Shown one piece after another: positions 53,757 through 63,125 of a stretch of 64,000 nt of DNA. The notes under the pieces are model-generated. The model was not told where the DNA came from, did no database searches, and saw only the letters and a list, made by a program, of their open reading frames with translations. Within the stretch, counting starts at the first letter, position 1. The number at the start of each line of letters is the position of its first letter. Source of the stretch: Bacteroidales bacterium (GTDB lineage: Bacteria; Bacteroidota; Bacteroidia; Bacteroidales; VadinHA17); the NCBI GenBank assembly GCA_038245405.1, contig JBBRSO010000003.1:3300-67299 (forward strand), written 5' to 3'. Position numbers and translations under genes: made by a program.

Positions 53757-56129
53757 ATGGCATCAGGTTTAGGTAATATATCATTCCCAACTGACAGAAT
53801 TATTTCGCTAAAGAATAAGACTCTGTCAGCCACCAGATATTTATCTATTGAACAGGCTAAGATTATTACCAGGATTTATCAGAAAAATAAAGGTTTGCCT
53901 GTTCTTCTGAAGCGCTCATTAGCTCTTGCTGCGGCTCTCGATGAAATTTCGATCAATATTGACCCGGAAGAGCTTATCGTTGGAAACAGAACATGCGGCA
54001 TCAGAGCAGGAGTGGTGTTTCCTGAAGCCGGTATCAACTGGCTTGTAAAGGAGATAGAATCAATCGCTGCGAGGCCACAGGATCCCTTCCAGGTGAGATC
54101 AGAAGATATTTTATATTTCAGGGAAGGTATTGAACCGTACTGGAGAGGGAAAACTCTGGAAGATGATATCTACAGCTCATATGGCGAAGAAATAGCATCA
54201 ATTGAAAAAGTCGTAAAGATCAATCAGAAAGACCATGCCCAGGGGCATATTTGTCCTAAAGTAGAAGACTGGCTGAGGCTTGGTCCTTCCGGATTAATGG
54301 AGATTGCAGAAAGAAACCGTTCGAAGGCTCAACGAAAAGAGAGGACTTTCTTCGATGGTGTATGTATCATTCTTGAATCCGCATGCAAGTTCATCAGGAG
54401 ATATGGTATTTTAGCTTCTGATCTGGCAAAAAATGAGAAAAGCAGTTCTGTTAAAGAAAATCTTGAGGAAATTTCGGCCATATGCCGGAAATTAGCAAAA
54501 GAACCGCCAGCAACATTCCGCGAAGCAGTCCAATCAGTCTGGTTTCTTTTTGTTATTCTTCATATGGAATCAAATGCATCGTCATTCTCACCGGGAAGAA
54601 TGGACCAGTATCTGTTAACATTTTACAAAAATGATATTGATTCAGGCAGTATTGACAATAAAACTGCGATGGAGCTCCTCGATGCTCTTTTTATTAAATT
54701 TAACCAGATCGTTTATATGCGGAATGCCCACAGCGCGAAGTATTTTGCTGGTTTTCCGACTGGTTTTAATGTTACTGTAGGCGGACAAACGGTCGACCGG
54801 AAAGATGCCACAAATGAATTGTCGTATCTCATCCTTAAGACTCAGGATCACATCAGATTGCCGCAACCAAATCTTACTGCCCGTCTTCATAAAAATTCTC
54901 CTTCTGAATTTATTGATGAATGCAGCCGGGTAATTGGACTTGGTAATGGGATGCCGCAGATTGTAAATGACGAAGCTATTATTCCTGCATTGGAAGCCGC
55001 AGACATGGAGACTGAAGATTGTGCAGATTATGCTCTTGTGGGTTGCGTGGAGATAAGTACACAGGGAAATAATCTTGGCTGGAGCGATGCTGCCATGTTT
55101 AATCTCGTCAAAGCTCTTGAGCTGACACTCAATAATGGAGTATGTCTGATTACCGGCAAACAAATTGGTTTAAATACCGGGTCACTTGAATCATATGCCG
55201 ATTATAATACCCTTGAAGCTGCTTTTAGAAATCAGATTGATCATTTTATTGAAAGGATGGTTGTTGCATGTGAATTTGTTGAAAGCAGGCATCAGAGCCA
55301 TCTGCCATCACCTTTTCTTTCCTGTGTTATTGATAATTGTCTTACAAATGGTATTGACGTTACTGAAGGTGGAGCAAAATATAATTTTTCGGGGATTCAG
55401 GCAATACAGGTAGCGAACATCGCCGACAGCATGGCGGTTATCAAAAAGTTTGTATTCGATGAAAAGCTTATTTCTAAAACAGCGTTTCTCGAAGCCCTCA
55501 GGGGCAATTTTATGAATAATGAAATCCTCAGGCAGCTGTGTATAAACCGCGTACCTAAATACGGCAACGACGTCGAATGGGTCGACAATATAGGAGCTGA
55601 GTGGGCAACATATTTTGCCTCACAGCTTAAAAAACACACGAACTACAGGGGAGGAGCATATCACATGGGACTTTATACAGTTTCAGCCCATGTTCCGATG
55701 GGTCAGAATGTAGGTGCTTCGGCCGACGGAAGGTTGGCGCTCACGCCGCTGGCCGATGGGGGCATGTCGCCGATGTATGGGCGCGACAAAGCAGGACCGA
55801 CAGCTGTATTCAATTCGGCGAGCCGGATGCCATCTCACCTTGCTACAAACGGAACATTGCTAAACATGAAGTTTCTTCCTGCGTTTTTTGAAAACTCCAC
55901 TGACAGGAATAAATTTTCATCACTTCTGAAATCATTTGTCAGACTTCCGCTCAATCATGTTCAGTTTAATGTCATTACCGCTCAAGAGTTGATAAATGCC
56001 AAGGCTGATCCGGAATCATACAGAGGGCTGACAATAAGGGTTGCAGGTTATACGGCATATTTTACTGAGCTGGCTGCTGATCTTCAGGATGAAATAATAA
56101 AAAGGACCACCCATGGAGAAAATATCTGA
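53757..56129 (+). CDS. glycyl radical enzyme, PFL2/glycerol-dehydratase family (substrate unknown)
   Basis: 790 aa. C-terminal glycyl-radical motif RVAGYTAYF, catalytic Cys loop VGCVEISTQG (the Cys-x-Glu of dehydratase/lyase-type GREs) and a typical N-terminus (...ELIVGNR). Confidence 0.9.
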   Translation: MASGLGNISFPTDRIISLKNKTLSATRYLSIEQAKIITRIYQKNKGLPVLLKRSLALAAALDEISINIDPEELIVGNRTCGIRAGVVFPEAGINWLVKEIESIAARPQDPFQVRSEDILYFREGIEPYWRGKTLEDDIYSSYGEEIASIEKVVKINQKDHAQGHICPKVEDWLRLGPSGLMEIAERNRSKAQRKERTFFDGVCIILESACKFIRRYGILASDLAKNEKSSSVKENLEEISAICRKLAKEPPATFREAVQSVWFLFVILHMESNASSFSPGRMDQYLLTFYKNDIDSGSIDNKTAMELLDALFIKFNQIVYMRNAHSAKYFAGFPTGFNVTVGGQTVDRKDATNELSYLILKTQDHIRLPQPNLTARLHKNSPSEFIDECSRVIGLGNGMPQIVNDEAIIPALEAADMETEDCADYALVGCVEISTQGNNLGWSDAAMFNLVKALELTLNNGVCLITGKQIGLNTGSLESYADYNTLEAAFRNQIDHFIERMVVACEFVESRHQSHLPSPFLSCVIDNCLTNGIDVTEGGAKYNFSGIQAIQVANIADSMAVIKKFVFDEKLISKTAFLEALRGNFMNNEILRQLCINRVPKYGNDVEWVDNIGAEWATYFASQLKKHTNYRGGAYHMGLYTVSAHVPMGQNVGASADGRLALTPLADGGMSPMYGRDKAGPTAVFNSASRMPSHLATNGTLLNMKFLPAFFENSTDRNKFSSLLKSFVRLPLNHVQFNVITAQELINAKADPESYRGLTIRVAGYTAYFTELAADLQDEIIKRTTHGENI

Positions 56130-56973
56130 ACTTGCAGGTACCATATTTAAGATAAAGAGGTTCTCTGTCCACGACGGCCCCGGCATCCGAACATCAGTTT
56201 TTCTTAAAGGATGTCCTCTTAACTGTATCTGGTGCCATAGTCCTGAAGGCATCAGCCCAGATGTTTCAGTGTGGTACGACAGCAGTATTTGTATTGCCTG
56301 CGGGGAATGTGTTAAAGTATGCAGGAATGGAGCTTTGGAGCTTCAGAATGAGCCTGGTCCGCATATAAATATAGACAGAAAACTGTGTGCTCATAACGGC
56401 GATTGTATTGCCAACTGTCCTACCGGAGCACTACAACACACTGGCTACCTGACTACCGTCTATGAAGTTATTGAAGAGATTAAGAAAGATAACCTGTATT
56501 ATGAGACTTCGGGTGGAGGTGTAACACTCACAGGGGGGGAACCTATGTATCAGCCTGATTTTTCGCTGGGTATACTTAGGGAATGTAACCGGATGAATGT
56601 TCATTCAGCAATTGAGTCGAGCCTGTTTTGCGAAAGGGAAACTCTGATTCGTTTCTCGTTACTGGTTGATCTGTTTATCGTTGACATGAAGATCTTTGAC
56701 GAGACACAGCATATACGCTATACCGGCAAGTCTAACGAAATTATAAAAGATAATATTCGCTATTTAGTCAGTTCTGGTAAAAATATTGCCATCCGCATTC
56801 CACTGATTCCTGGCATAACCGATACAAAAGAAAATATTTCAGCCATCGAAAGATTCATTCATGATCTTGATCCGAATATTCCAATCGAGAAGCTAAGATT
56901 TAATCCTCTGGCAGAAAATAATTATGAGAGGTTGGGGTTGAGATTTCTGCTTTTTTTCCCCCTTGCGACCTGA
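56113..56973 (+). CDS. glycyl-radical enzyme activating protein (radical SAM with ferredoxin insert)
   Basis: 286 aa. CPLNCIWCHSPE (CxxxCxxC) plus two extra clusters, CIACGECVKVC and CAHNGDCIANCPTGA. Overlaps the GRE gene by 17 nt. Confidence 0.9.
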   Translation: MEKISELAGTIFKIKRFSVHDGPGIRTSVFLKGCPLNCIWCHSPEGISPDVSVWYDSSICIACGECVKVCRNGALELQNEPGPHINIDRKLCAHNGDCIANCPTGALQHTGYLTTVYEVIEEIKKDNLYYETSGGGVTLTGGEPMYQPDFSLGILRECNRMNVHSAIESSLFCERETLIRFSLLVDLFIVDMKIFDETQHIRYTGKSNEIIKDNIRYLVSSGKNIAIRIPLIPGITDTKENISAIERFIHDLDPNIPIEKLRFNPLAENNYERLGLRFLLFFPLAT

Positions 56974-57092
56974 ATGTCCCCACTCCACTTCTTGATGGTC
57001 AAGATAAAACTGTCCGCCACTGTCTCATTCTGATACACTTTTATAGACTGTATCTAATTATATCTTACTCATATTCTGCATTATAGCATTAG

Positions 57093-57107
57093 TGGCACAG
57101 GTATTGC
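57093..57107 (+). promoter_or_regulatory. sigma-54 (-24/-12) promoter
   Basis: TGGCAC-aggta-TTGC matches the TGGCAC-N5-TTGC consensus. It lies 32 nt upstream of ATG 57139, and the operon ends with a sigma-54-dependent activator gene. Confidence 0.65.
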
Positions 57108-57138
57108 CTGTCTATTATCAATTGAATATTGATTAATT

Positions 57139-58386
57139 ATGGACCGTCCGGTATCAAAAGAACATAAAAGGAAATTACTAATAAGGCAATTATCTATCGC
57201 ATCTCTGGTCATAATAATCCCGCTGCTGATCATTATGTTTATTAAAAGTGCTTTCATTCCAGCTGTAAGTCTTTCAAAAGTTACGACCGCAGTTCCCGAC
57301 TCAGGAAAGATCCAGATTACTGTTCAGGGCTCGGGTACGGTTATACCATCTTATGAAGAGATCATCAGTTATCCTTTCAAAAGCAGCATCGTGAAACTAA
57401 TAAAGAAACCAGGGGAAAAGGTTTTTCCAAAAGACACCATTCTCATTCTTAATAACAAGCTGGCTGAAAATGATCTTAATATGCTGGGAAATGAAGCGGA
57501 CCTTCAGAACATCAGGATTGAGAAGCTGAAGATTGAATTGCAGCAACTTAGGGAAGATTTTCAATTCAGCAAAAAAATTAAGGATATAAAAGTTGAAAAT
57601 GCAAAACTAGCATTTGAAGCGGAATCAACACTCAATAAAATGGGAGGAAGTCCTGCCTATGAGGTTAAGAAAGCAAAAACAAACTGGAACATAGAAATAT
57701 TGGAAAACAGCCAGGCACAGTTTAACTTCAACAATCAGGTAAGTGCAAAGAACAACGGGATACGTGAACTTGAGACTGAGATCAATATACAGCGGAATAA
57801 AATTGTAAAAGCAAAGGACCTTGTCGATCAGGCCTTTGTAAAAGCTCCCTTTCACGGCGATTTAAGCTGGGTTATAGATCAGCCCGGTGCCTCAGTTTCA
57901 GAGGGACAGCAGATAGCACGTGTAGCTGATTTCTCAAGCTATAAGCTGAAGGGATCAATTAGCAATTCATGGTCGGGAAGAGTAATTGCCGGTCAGCGGG
58001 TTGATGTAAGGAACCAGGGCAAAGATCTCAACGGAACTATTGAGAATATTATGCCGGCGGTATCTCAGGGAATGATGGAGTGTCTTATAAGAATTGATTC
58101 GGGAGACATCAGTAATTTACGTCCTGCACAACAGCTGGAAATAAGAGTAATAATTTCGAATAAGAATAATGTTTTGCGCATTCCTAACGGTACATATTAT
58201 AAAGACCGCGGATATATGGAGATGTATGTGATCAGCGGTAATAAGGCTTATAGGAGAAAGATACTACTTGGCGATGCCAATTTCGATTACGTGGAAGTAC
58301 TTGAAGGCGTGAAAGCAGGGGAAAAACTGATCCTGACAGATATTGGGGAAAAGTATACAAGAAATGAGATCAGAGTGAGGAAATAG
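57139..58386 (+). CDS. HlyD/MacA-family periplasmic adaptor
   Basis: 415 aa. N-terminal TM, a long coiled coil and a beta-barrel C-terminus. Precedes the ABC ATPase and FtsX permeases. Confidence 0.8.
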   Translation: MDRPVSKEHKRKLLIRQLSIASLVIIIPLLIIMFIKSAFIPAVSLSKVTTAVPDSGKIQITVQGSGTVIPSYEEIISYPFKSSIVKLIKKPGEKVFPKDTILILNNKLAENDLNMLGNEADLQNIRIEKLKIELQQLREDFQFSKKIKDIKVENAKLAFEAESTLNKMGGSPAYEVKKAKTNWNIEILENSQAQFNFNNQVSAKNNGIRELETEINIQRNKIVKAKDLVDQAFVKAPFHGDLSWVIDQPGASVSEGQQIARVADFSSYKLKGSISNSWSGRVIAGQRVDVRNQGKDLNGTIENIMPAVSQGMMECLIRIDSGDISNLRPAQQLEIRVIISNKNNVLRIPNGTYYKDRGYMEMYVISGNKAYRRKILLGDANFDYVEVLEGVKAGEKLILTDIGEKYTRNEIRVRK

Positions 58387-58408
58387 GGTGGATGGTGGAA
58401 ACGGGGGC

Positions 58409-58484
58409 AGATTGCTTCGCTGCGCTCGCAATGACCTCGACACAATTGGATTCCAGAAACAACAAACGATAAACTATAAACGCT
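58409..58484 (+). repeat. ~75-bp intercistronic element (agattgcttcgctNcgctcgcaatgacctcgaca + AAACGAT heptamer tail), copy 1
   Basis: The core is nearly identical to 59181-59215. The tail is aaacaac aaacgat aaactat aaacgct, ending 5 nt before ATG 58490. Confidence 0.6.
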
Positions 58485-58489
58485 TGGAA

Positions 58490-59152
58490 ATGATAAAACT
58501 AGAGAACATAAGCAAGGTATACAGGACCAAAGAGATAGAAACTCTTGCACTGGATAATATAAATTTTGAGGTAAAAGAAGGCGAATTTGTTTCCATTATG
58601 GGTCCGTCGGGATGCGGAAAAAGCACATTACTGAATATTATCGGTTTATTGGATGAACCTGACAAAGGGAAAATGGAATTAAACAGGCAGGCCATTTTAA
58701 CCTATGAGGACAAAAAGACTGCCAGGATGAGAAACCAGCTTGTAGGGTTCATCTTCCAGAGCTTTCATCTGATAAAAGAACTGAATATTTATGACAATGT
58801 TGAACTCCCTCTTATCTACAGAAAAACACCTGCAAGTGAACGTAAAAAAAGAGTAATGGAAGCTCTCGAAAAAGTCGGACTCACAAACAGAATGCAGCAT
58901 TATCCCGGTCAGCTTTCGGGAGGACAGTGCCAGAGAGCTGCTATTGCCCGCGCTATAGCAGGAGACCCGAAGATTATTCTGGCGGATGAGCCAACAGGAA
59001 ACCTCGACAGCAAAATCGGACACGAGGTCGTTTCAATACTGGCTGATCTGAATACAAAAGGAACAACCATAGTTATGGTGACACATGATGAAATGATCGC
59101 AAAATCCACCCACAGAATTGTTAGGTTGTTTGATGGAAGATTGGTAGGGTAA
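58490..59152 (+). CDS. ABC transporter ATP-binding protein (MacB/LolD type)
   Basis: 220 aa from ATG 58490 (MIKLENISKVY...). Walker A GPSGCGKST, signature LSGGQCQRAAIARAI, Walker B ILADEPT. The track's upstream extension is repeat-derived. Confidence 0.9.
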   Translation: MIKLENISKVYRTKEIETLALDNINFEVKEGEFVSIMGPSGCGKSTLLNIIGLLDEPDKGKMELNRQAILTYEDKKTARMRNQLVGFIFQSFHLIKELNIYDNVELPLIYRKTPASERKKRVMEALEKVGLTNRMQHYPGQLSGGQCQRAAIARAIAGDPKIILADEPTGNLDSKIGHEVVSILADLNTKGTTIVMVTHDEMIAKSTHRIVRLFDGRLVG

Positions 59153-59180
59153 AGTTGAGATGCATTGGAGTAGCACTGGA

Positions 59181-59251
59181 AGATTGCTTCGCTACGCTCG
59201 CAATGACCTCGACAGAAGATGGATTGTTAGAAACGATAAACGATAAACGCA
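59181..59251 (+). repeat. ~70-bp intercistronic element, copy 2
   Basis: agattgcttcgctacgctcgcaatgacctcgacag...aaacgat aaacgat aaacgca, ending 1 nt before ATG 59253. Confidence 0.6.
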
Positions 59252-59252
59252 T

Positions 59253-60521
59253 ATGTTAAAGAACTATTTTAAAATATTCATGAAGGTGGCTATGCAGAGC
59301 AAGCTCTTTACATTTCTTAGCCTGTTCGGCATTAGTCTTACTATCATGTTTGTGATGATATTCAGCATGACGATATCAAGAATCACAAGTGGATCAGGAC
59401 CTGAAAAGGATCTTAATCAGATTATTTTTTGCCAGAGGGTCAAAACAGTGGAAACCCACAAGGGGAAGAAGAGAGATGGCTACAGTACAGCTGCTGTAGG
59501 AAAAAAACTCGCAGAGGGACATCTTAAAAAATCAAAAAATGCAGACATAGTTTCAATGTATTCCGGACCAAATTCCTGGGAATTTATCTTTAACGGTAAC
59601 TACCAGAAGAAACTACAAAACCAAACCGATGCTGAATACTGGAAAGTATTTAACTATAAATTTATCCAGGGCAGGCCTTACACTGCTGAAGAGGTTACAA
59701 ATGGTGCAAATCTTGCAGTCATCACAAAATCTCTGAAAGAATTGCTTTTTGGTTCAGAGGAAAATGTTCTTGGAAAAACTATAAAATACACATCTATGAA
59801 TCTGATTGTTACAGGAGTGATTGAGGACCCTCCCAAAACAGACCAGAACGCACTGGGTGATCTGTATTTTCCTTACACCCTGATTAAAGGCAACGACATT
59901 GACAATTATATTGGTGGGTTCAATGTTGCATTTAAAAGTTCCTCTAAAAAATTTGAACTCATAAGAAATGAAATTCAGGATATGGTGTCTCGTATAGATG
60001 TGGCTGATACAACACAAGCAATTTTTCTTTCGGGACCATATTCGCAATTAGAAAAAATGATGGTGGGATTTGGAGATCCTGAAGATTACTCCATAGGCAC
60101 CAGTCTCTTAAAGTATCTGATGATTGCTCTTGCCTTCATACTTCTTCCTGCAATAAATCTTATGGCTCTGAACTTTGCCCGTATTCATGAACGTGGTGAG
60201 GAAATTGCCGTCAGAAAGTCTTTCGGAGCTTCAAGTAAAGTTTTACAGGGACAATTTTTGTTCGAAAATATTTTGATGACACTTGCCGGCGGGTTGATTG
60301 GTATCATTCTCTCTTATATAGTAGTCGGCCTACTTGGAAATTCATTAACACTTAGTATAGATTTTATGAATAGCGTTCCATTGTCATTTTCATTCAATTT
60401 CATTGTATTTGCAGGTGCACTTATAACATGTCTGATTTTTGGCCTGCTCTCCGGATTCCTTCCGGCAGTCAGATTATCAAGGATGAAACCAGCTGTTTAC
60501 CTGAAAGGAGGTGAATTATGA
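59253..60521 (+). CDS. FtsX/MacB-family ABC permease
   Basis: 422 aa. One N-terminal TM, a large periplasmic domain and three C-terminal TM helices (FtsX fold). Confidence 0.8.
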   Translation: MLKNYFKIFMKVAMQSKLFTFLSLFGISLTIMFVMIFSMTISRITSGSGPEKDLNQIIFCQRVKTVETHKGKKRDGYSTAAVGKKLAEGHLKKSKNADIVSMYSGPNSWEFIFNGNYQKKLQNQTDAEYWKVFNYKFIQGRPYTAEEVTNGANLAVITKSLKELLFGSEENVLGKTIKYTSMNLIVTGVIEDPPKTDQNALGDLYFPYTLIKGNDIDNYIGGFNVAFKSSSKKFELIRNEIQDMVSRIDVADTTQAIFLSGPYSQLEKMMVGFGDPEDYSIGTSLLKYLMIALAFILLPAINLMALNFARIHERGEEIAVRKSFGASSKVLQGQFLFENILMTLAGGLIGIILSYIVVGLLGNSLTLSIDFMNSVPLSFSFNFIVFAGALITCLIFGLLSGFLPAVRLSRMKPAVYLKGGEL

Positions 60522-61726
60522 TACGCTTGTTTTTTAAATCTTTATGGAATAATAAACGACGGAATATACTGGTTTTCATAGAACTGTTTATGATATCTTT
60601 CGTACTGGTAAACCTGACACTTTACCTTGACAATATGCTGGCCATATACCGAATTAAGAACTGTTACGACACTCAGAATGTTATCCTGGCAGACATAAGC
60701 AAAAAGAACCCGGAATCTGAAAAAATAGCTGAAGTTTCATTTCAGAATCTTAAGAAAGTATTTGGCTCAAACTCATTTGTTGAGTCTGTATCTATCAGTA
60801 CTAATGCTGTTCCTTACAATTACAATATAAGTACCAATGGATTCAATTATGACAGCACTGAAATTGGGATGGCCAACCGTGAAGTTGATATTGATTATGG
60901 CAGAGTAATGAAAGTAGTACCACTGAAAGGAAGATGGTTCGATGAAACAGATTTGGGAAAAGCCGTTCATCCGATTATCATTTCTACTGAAGTCAATGAA
61001 AAATATTTCAAAGGCAATGCAGTGGGTGAAAGAATTTTTGAAAAAAACAGCAGGACTAACATAACAACATATTATGAAATTATAGGTGTCGTTGAGAGGT
61101 TTAAACGAAATGATATTGAAGCGCCATACCCTACAGCATTTATCTTAAAGGATTCAGTTAAGGCAGGTTCAAACTGGCAAACTTCAGTGCTCATACTAAC
61201 GAAAGAGAATAAAACCAAAGATATGATGGCCATTGCTGAAAGCCAGGTCTATTCAACGCTAAATCCTGAAAGCTGGACCATTAGCAGCCTGAATTCTCTT
61301 GATAATATGCGGCTTCAGGTAAATAATGAGAATTATCAGAGGAAGTATCTCACAGTCATAATTGCACTGTTTGTTCTAATCAATATTTTCCTTGGAACAA
61401 TTGGTATACTCTGGTACAACACAAATCTCAGGATACATGAGATCGGTATAAAAAGAGCTCTCGGGTCAACGGGCAGAGGAATAAAACGACTTTTGGTAAC
61501 TGAAAACCTGGTGATTGCCGCGGCAGGACTATTAATTGTTCTATTAATAGTTCTCCAGATTCCAATGATTGCATTAAGCAGAGGTGAAACACTTGAACCC
61601 GGAGTGATGTTAAGTTCAATTATTATAAGCGTTGTATCTATGATAATACTCGTTTTCTTAAGTACATGGATACCCGCAACCATTGCTTCAAAAATCCGGC
61701 CAGCCATTGCCCTGAAAACAGAATAG
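60518..61726 (+). CDS. FtsX/MacB-family ABC permease (second)
   Basis: 402 aa with the same architecture. Its start overlaps the previous stop (ATGA). Confidence 0.8.
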   Translation: MIRLFFKSLWNNKRRNILVFIELFMISFVLVNLTLYLDNMLAIYRIKNCYDTQNVILADISKKNPESEKIAEVSFQNLKKVFGSNSFVESVSISTNAVPYNYNISTNGFNYDSTEIGMANREVDIDYGRVMKVVPLKGRWFDETDLGKAVHPIIISTEVNEKYFKGNAVGERIFEKNSRTNITTYYEIIGVVERFKRNDIEAPYPTAFILKDSVKAGSNWQTSVLILTKENKTKDMMAIAESQVYSTLNPESWTISSLNSLDNMRLQVNNENYQRKYLTVIIALFVLINIFLGTIGILWYNTNLRIHEIGIKRALGSTGRGIKRLLVTENLVIAAAGLLIVLLIVLQIPMIALSRGETLEPGVMLSSIIISVVSMIILVFLSTWIPATIASKIRPAIALKTE

Positions 61727-61745
61727 TTTAGTAATTTCGTCGGCT

Positions 61746-63125
61746 ATGATTGTATCGCACCGTATATTAGTATGTGATGACGATGATGCAGTAAGAAGCT
61801 CACTGGGATTCCTGTTATTAAAATCTGGCTATTTGCCTAATTTTGCTTCAAATCCCGACGATATTATTAAATATGTAAGCGAAGCCCCCTTCGATCTCAT
61901 TTTACTTGACATGAATTTCTCTTTTTCGATAAATGGGGAAGAAGGGATCGAGCTTCTGAAAAAGATCAAGATTCTTAAGCCTGATACTCCTGTTATACTC
62001 ATGACGGCCTGGGCTTCAGTTGAGCTGGCAGTGCGCGGAATAAAACTTGGCGCCTCTGATTTCGTAACAAAACCATGGAATAATATCCAGCTGCTAAAGA
62101 TCATTGAGACCTCCATTGCATTGTCCTCAAGCTCCTGTAAAAAAGAAACATCAGAAGGTAAAAAACGGGGAAAGACAACTGAATTTGAAGCCATTGTAGG
62201 CAATGATGCAAAGCTGATAGAAATACTCGACATTATAAAGAGAGTAGCATCTACACATGCACCTGTATTAATCACCGGTGAAAGTGGAACAGGGAAAGAA
62301 CTTATTGCATCCGCAATTCATCAATACAGTACAAGGAATACAAAACCGTTTGTCAAGGTCAACCTTGGGGGCATACCTGCAGGTTTATTTGAATCCGAAA
62401 TGTTTGGTTACCGCAAGGGGGCCTTTACGGATGCAAAGAGCGACAATGCCGGAAGATTCGAAAAAGCAAACAACGGCACAATATTTCTTGATGAGATAGG
62501 AGATCTGAATTTTTCTTCACAGGTTAAGCTTCTAAGAGTTCTGCAGGATCAAACTTTCGAAAGACTAGGTGATCCCGGCAGCATCACGGTTGACGTGAGG
62601 ATACTTTCTGCCACAAACCATGATCTTTACGCACAGGTAAGAAAAGGATCATTCAGGGAGGATCTGCTGTACCGCATAAATCTAATCCAGATTGAGGTTC
62701 CTCCATTACGAAGGAGAACCGGTGATATACCGCTTCTTGCTTCATATTTTATTGAAAAGGCAGCCATATCTTATTCTCTTCCTGTAAGAGAATTATCAAA
62801 AGATGCTGTCGACTGGTTGACCAGTCAGTCCTGGCCCGGGAATGTAAGAGAGCTTAAAAACATTCTGGAAAGAACACTGTTGCTTGCTAAAGGTGAAGAG
62901 ATCAAACCCGAAGACTTTTTAACCGCTCTGAAACCTGGTCAGGCTTCGGCAACGCTCAGCCTGACCAATGGCACCCTTGATGCAATGGAAAAACAAATGA
63001 TCATAAACGCAATTGAAGAATGTGGTGGTAATTTGACACGTTCTTCAGAAAAGCTGGGCATAAGCAGGGCAACACTATACCGTAAGATGGAAAGACACGG
63101 GATACAAATCGACAGGAATGAGTAA
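61746..63125 (+). CDS. sigma-54-dependent response regulator (NtrC family)
   Basis: 459 aa. Receiver domain (DLILLDMNF), AAA+ domain (GESGTGKE; sigma-54 contact loop GAFTDA, a variant of GAFTGA) and a C-terminal Fis-type HTH (GISRATLYRKM). Confidence 0.9.
   Translation: MIVSHRILVCDDDDAVRSSLGFLLLKSGYLPNFASNPDDIIKYVSEAPFDLILLDMNFSFSINGEEGIELLKKIKILKPDTPVILMTAWASVELAVRGIKLGASDFVTKPWNNIQLLKIIETSIALSSSSCKKETSEGKKRGKTTEFEAIVGNDAKLIEILDIIKRVASTHAPVLITGESGTGKELIASAIHQYSTRNTKPFVKVNLGGIPAGLFESEMFGYRKGAFTDAKSDNAGRFEKANNGTIFLDEIGDLNFSSQVKLLRVLQDQTFERLGDPGSITVDVRILSATNHDLYAQVRKGSFREDLLYRINLIQIEVPPLRRRTGDIPLLASYFIEKAAISYSLPVRELSKDAVDWLTSQSWPGNVRELKNILERTLLLAKGEEIKPEDFLTALKPGQASATLSLTNGTLDAMEKQMIINAIEECGGNLTRSSEKLGISRATLYRKMERHGIQIDRNE

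Noticed and set aside
58388-58489. N-terminal 34-codon extension of the ABC ATPase (MDGGNGGRLLRCARNDLD...), and the antisense ORF 58287-58550
   Set aside because: The extension is encoded by the intercistronic repeat, which also occurs at 59181-59251. The canonical ABC N-terminus MIKLENISKVY starts at ATG 58490.
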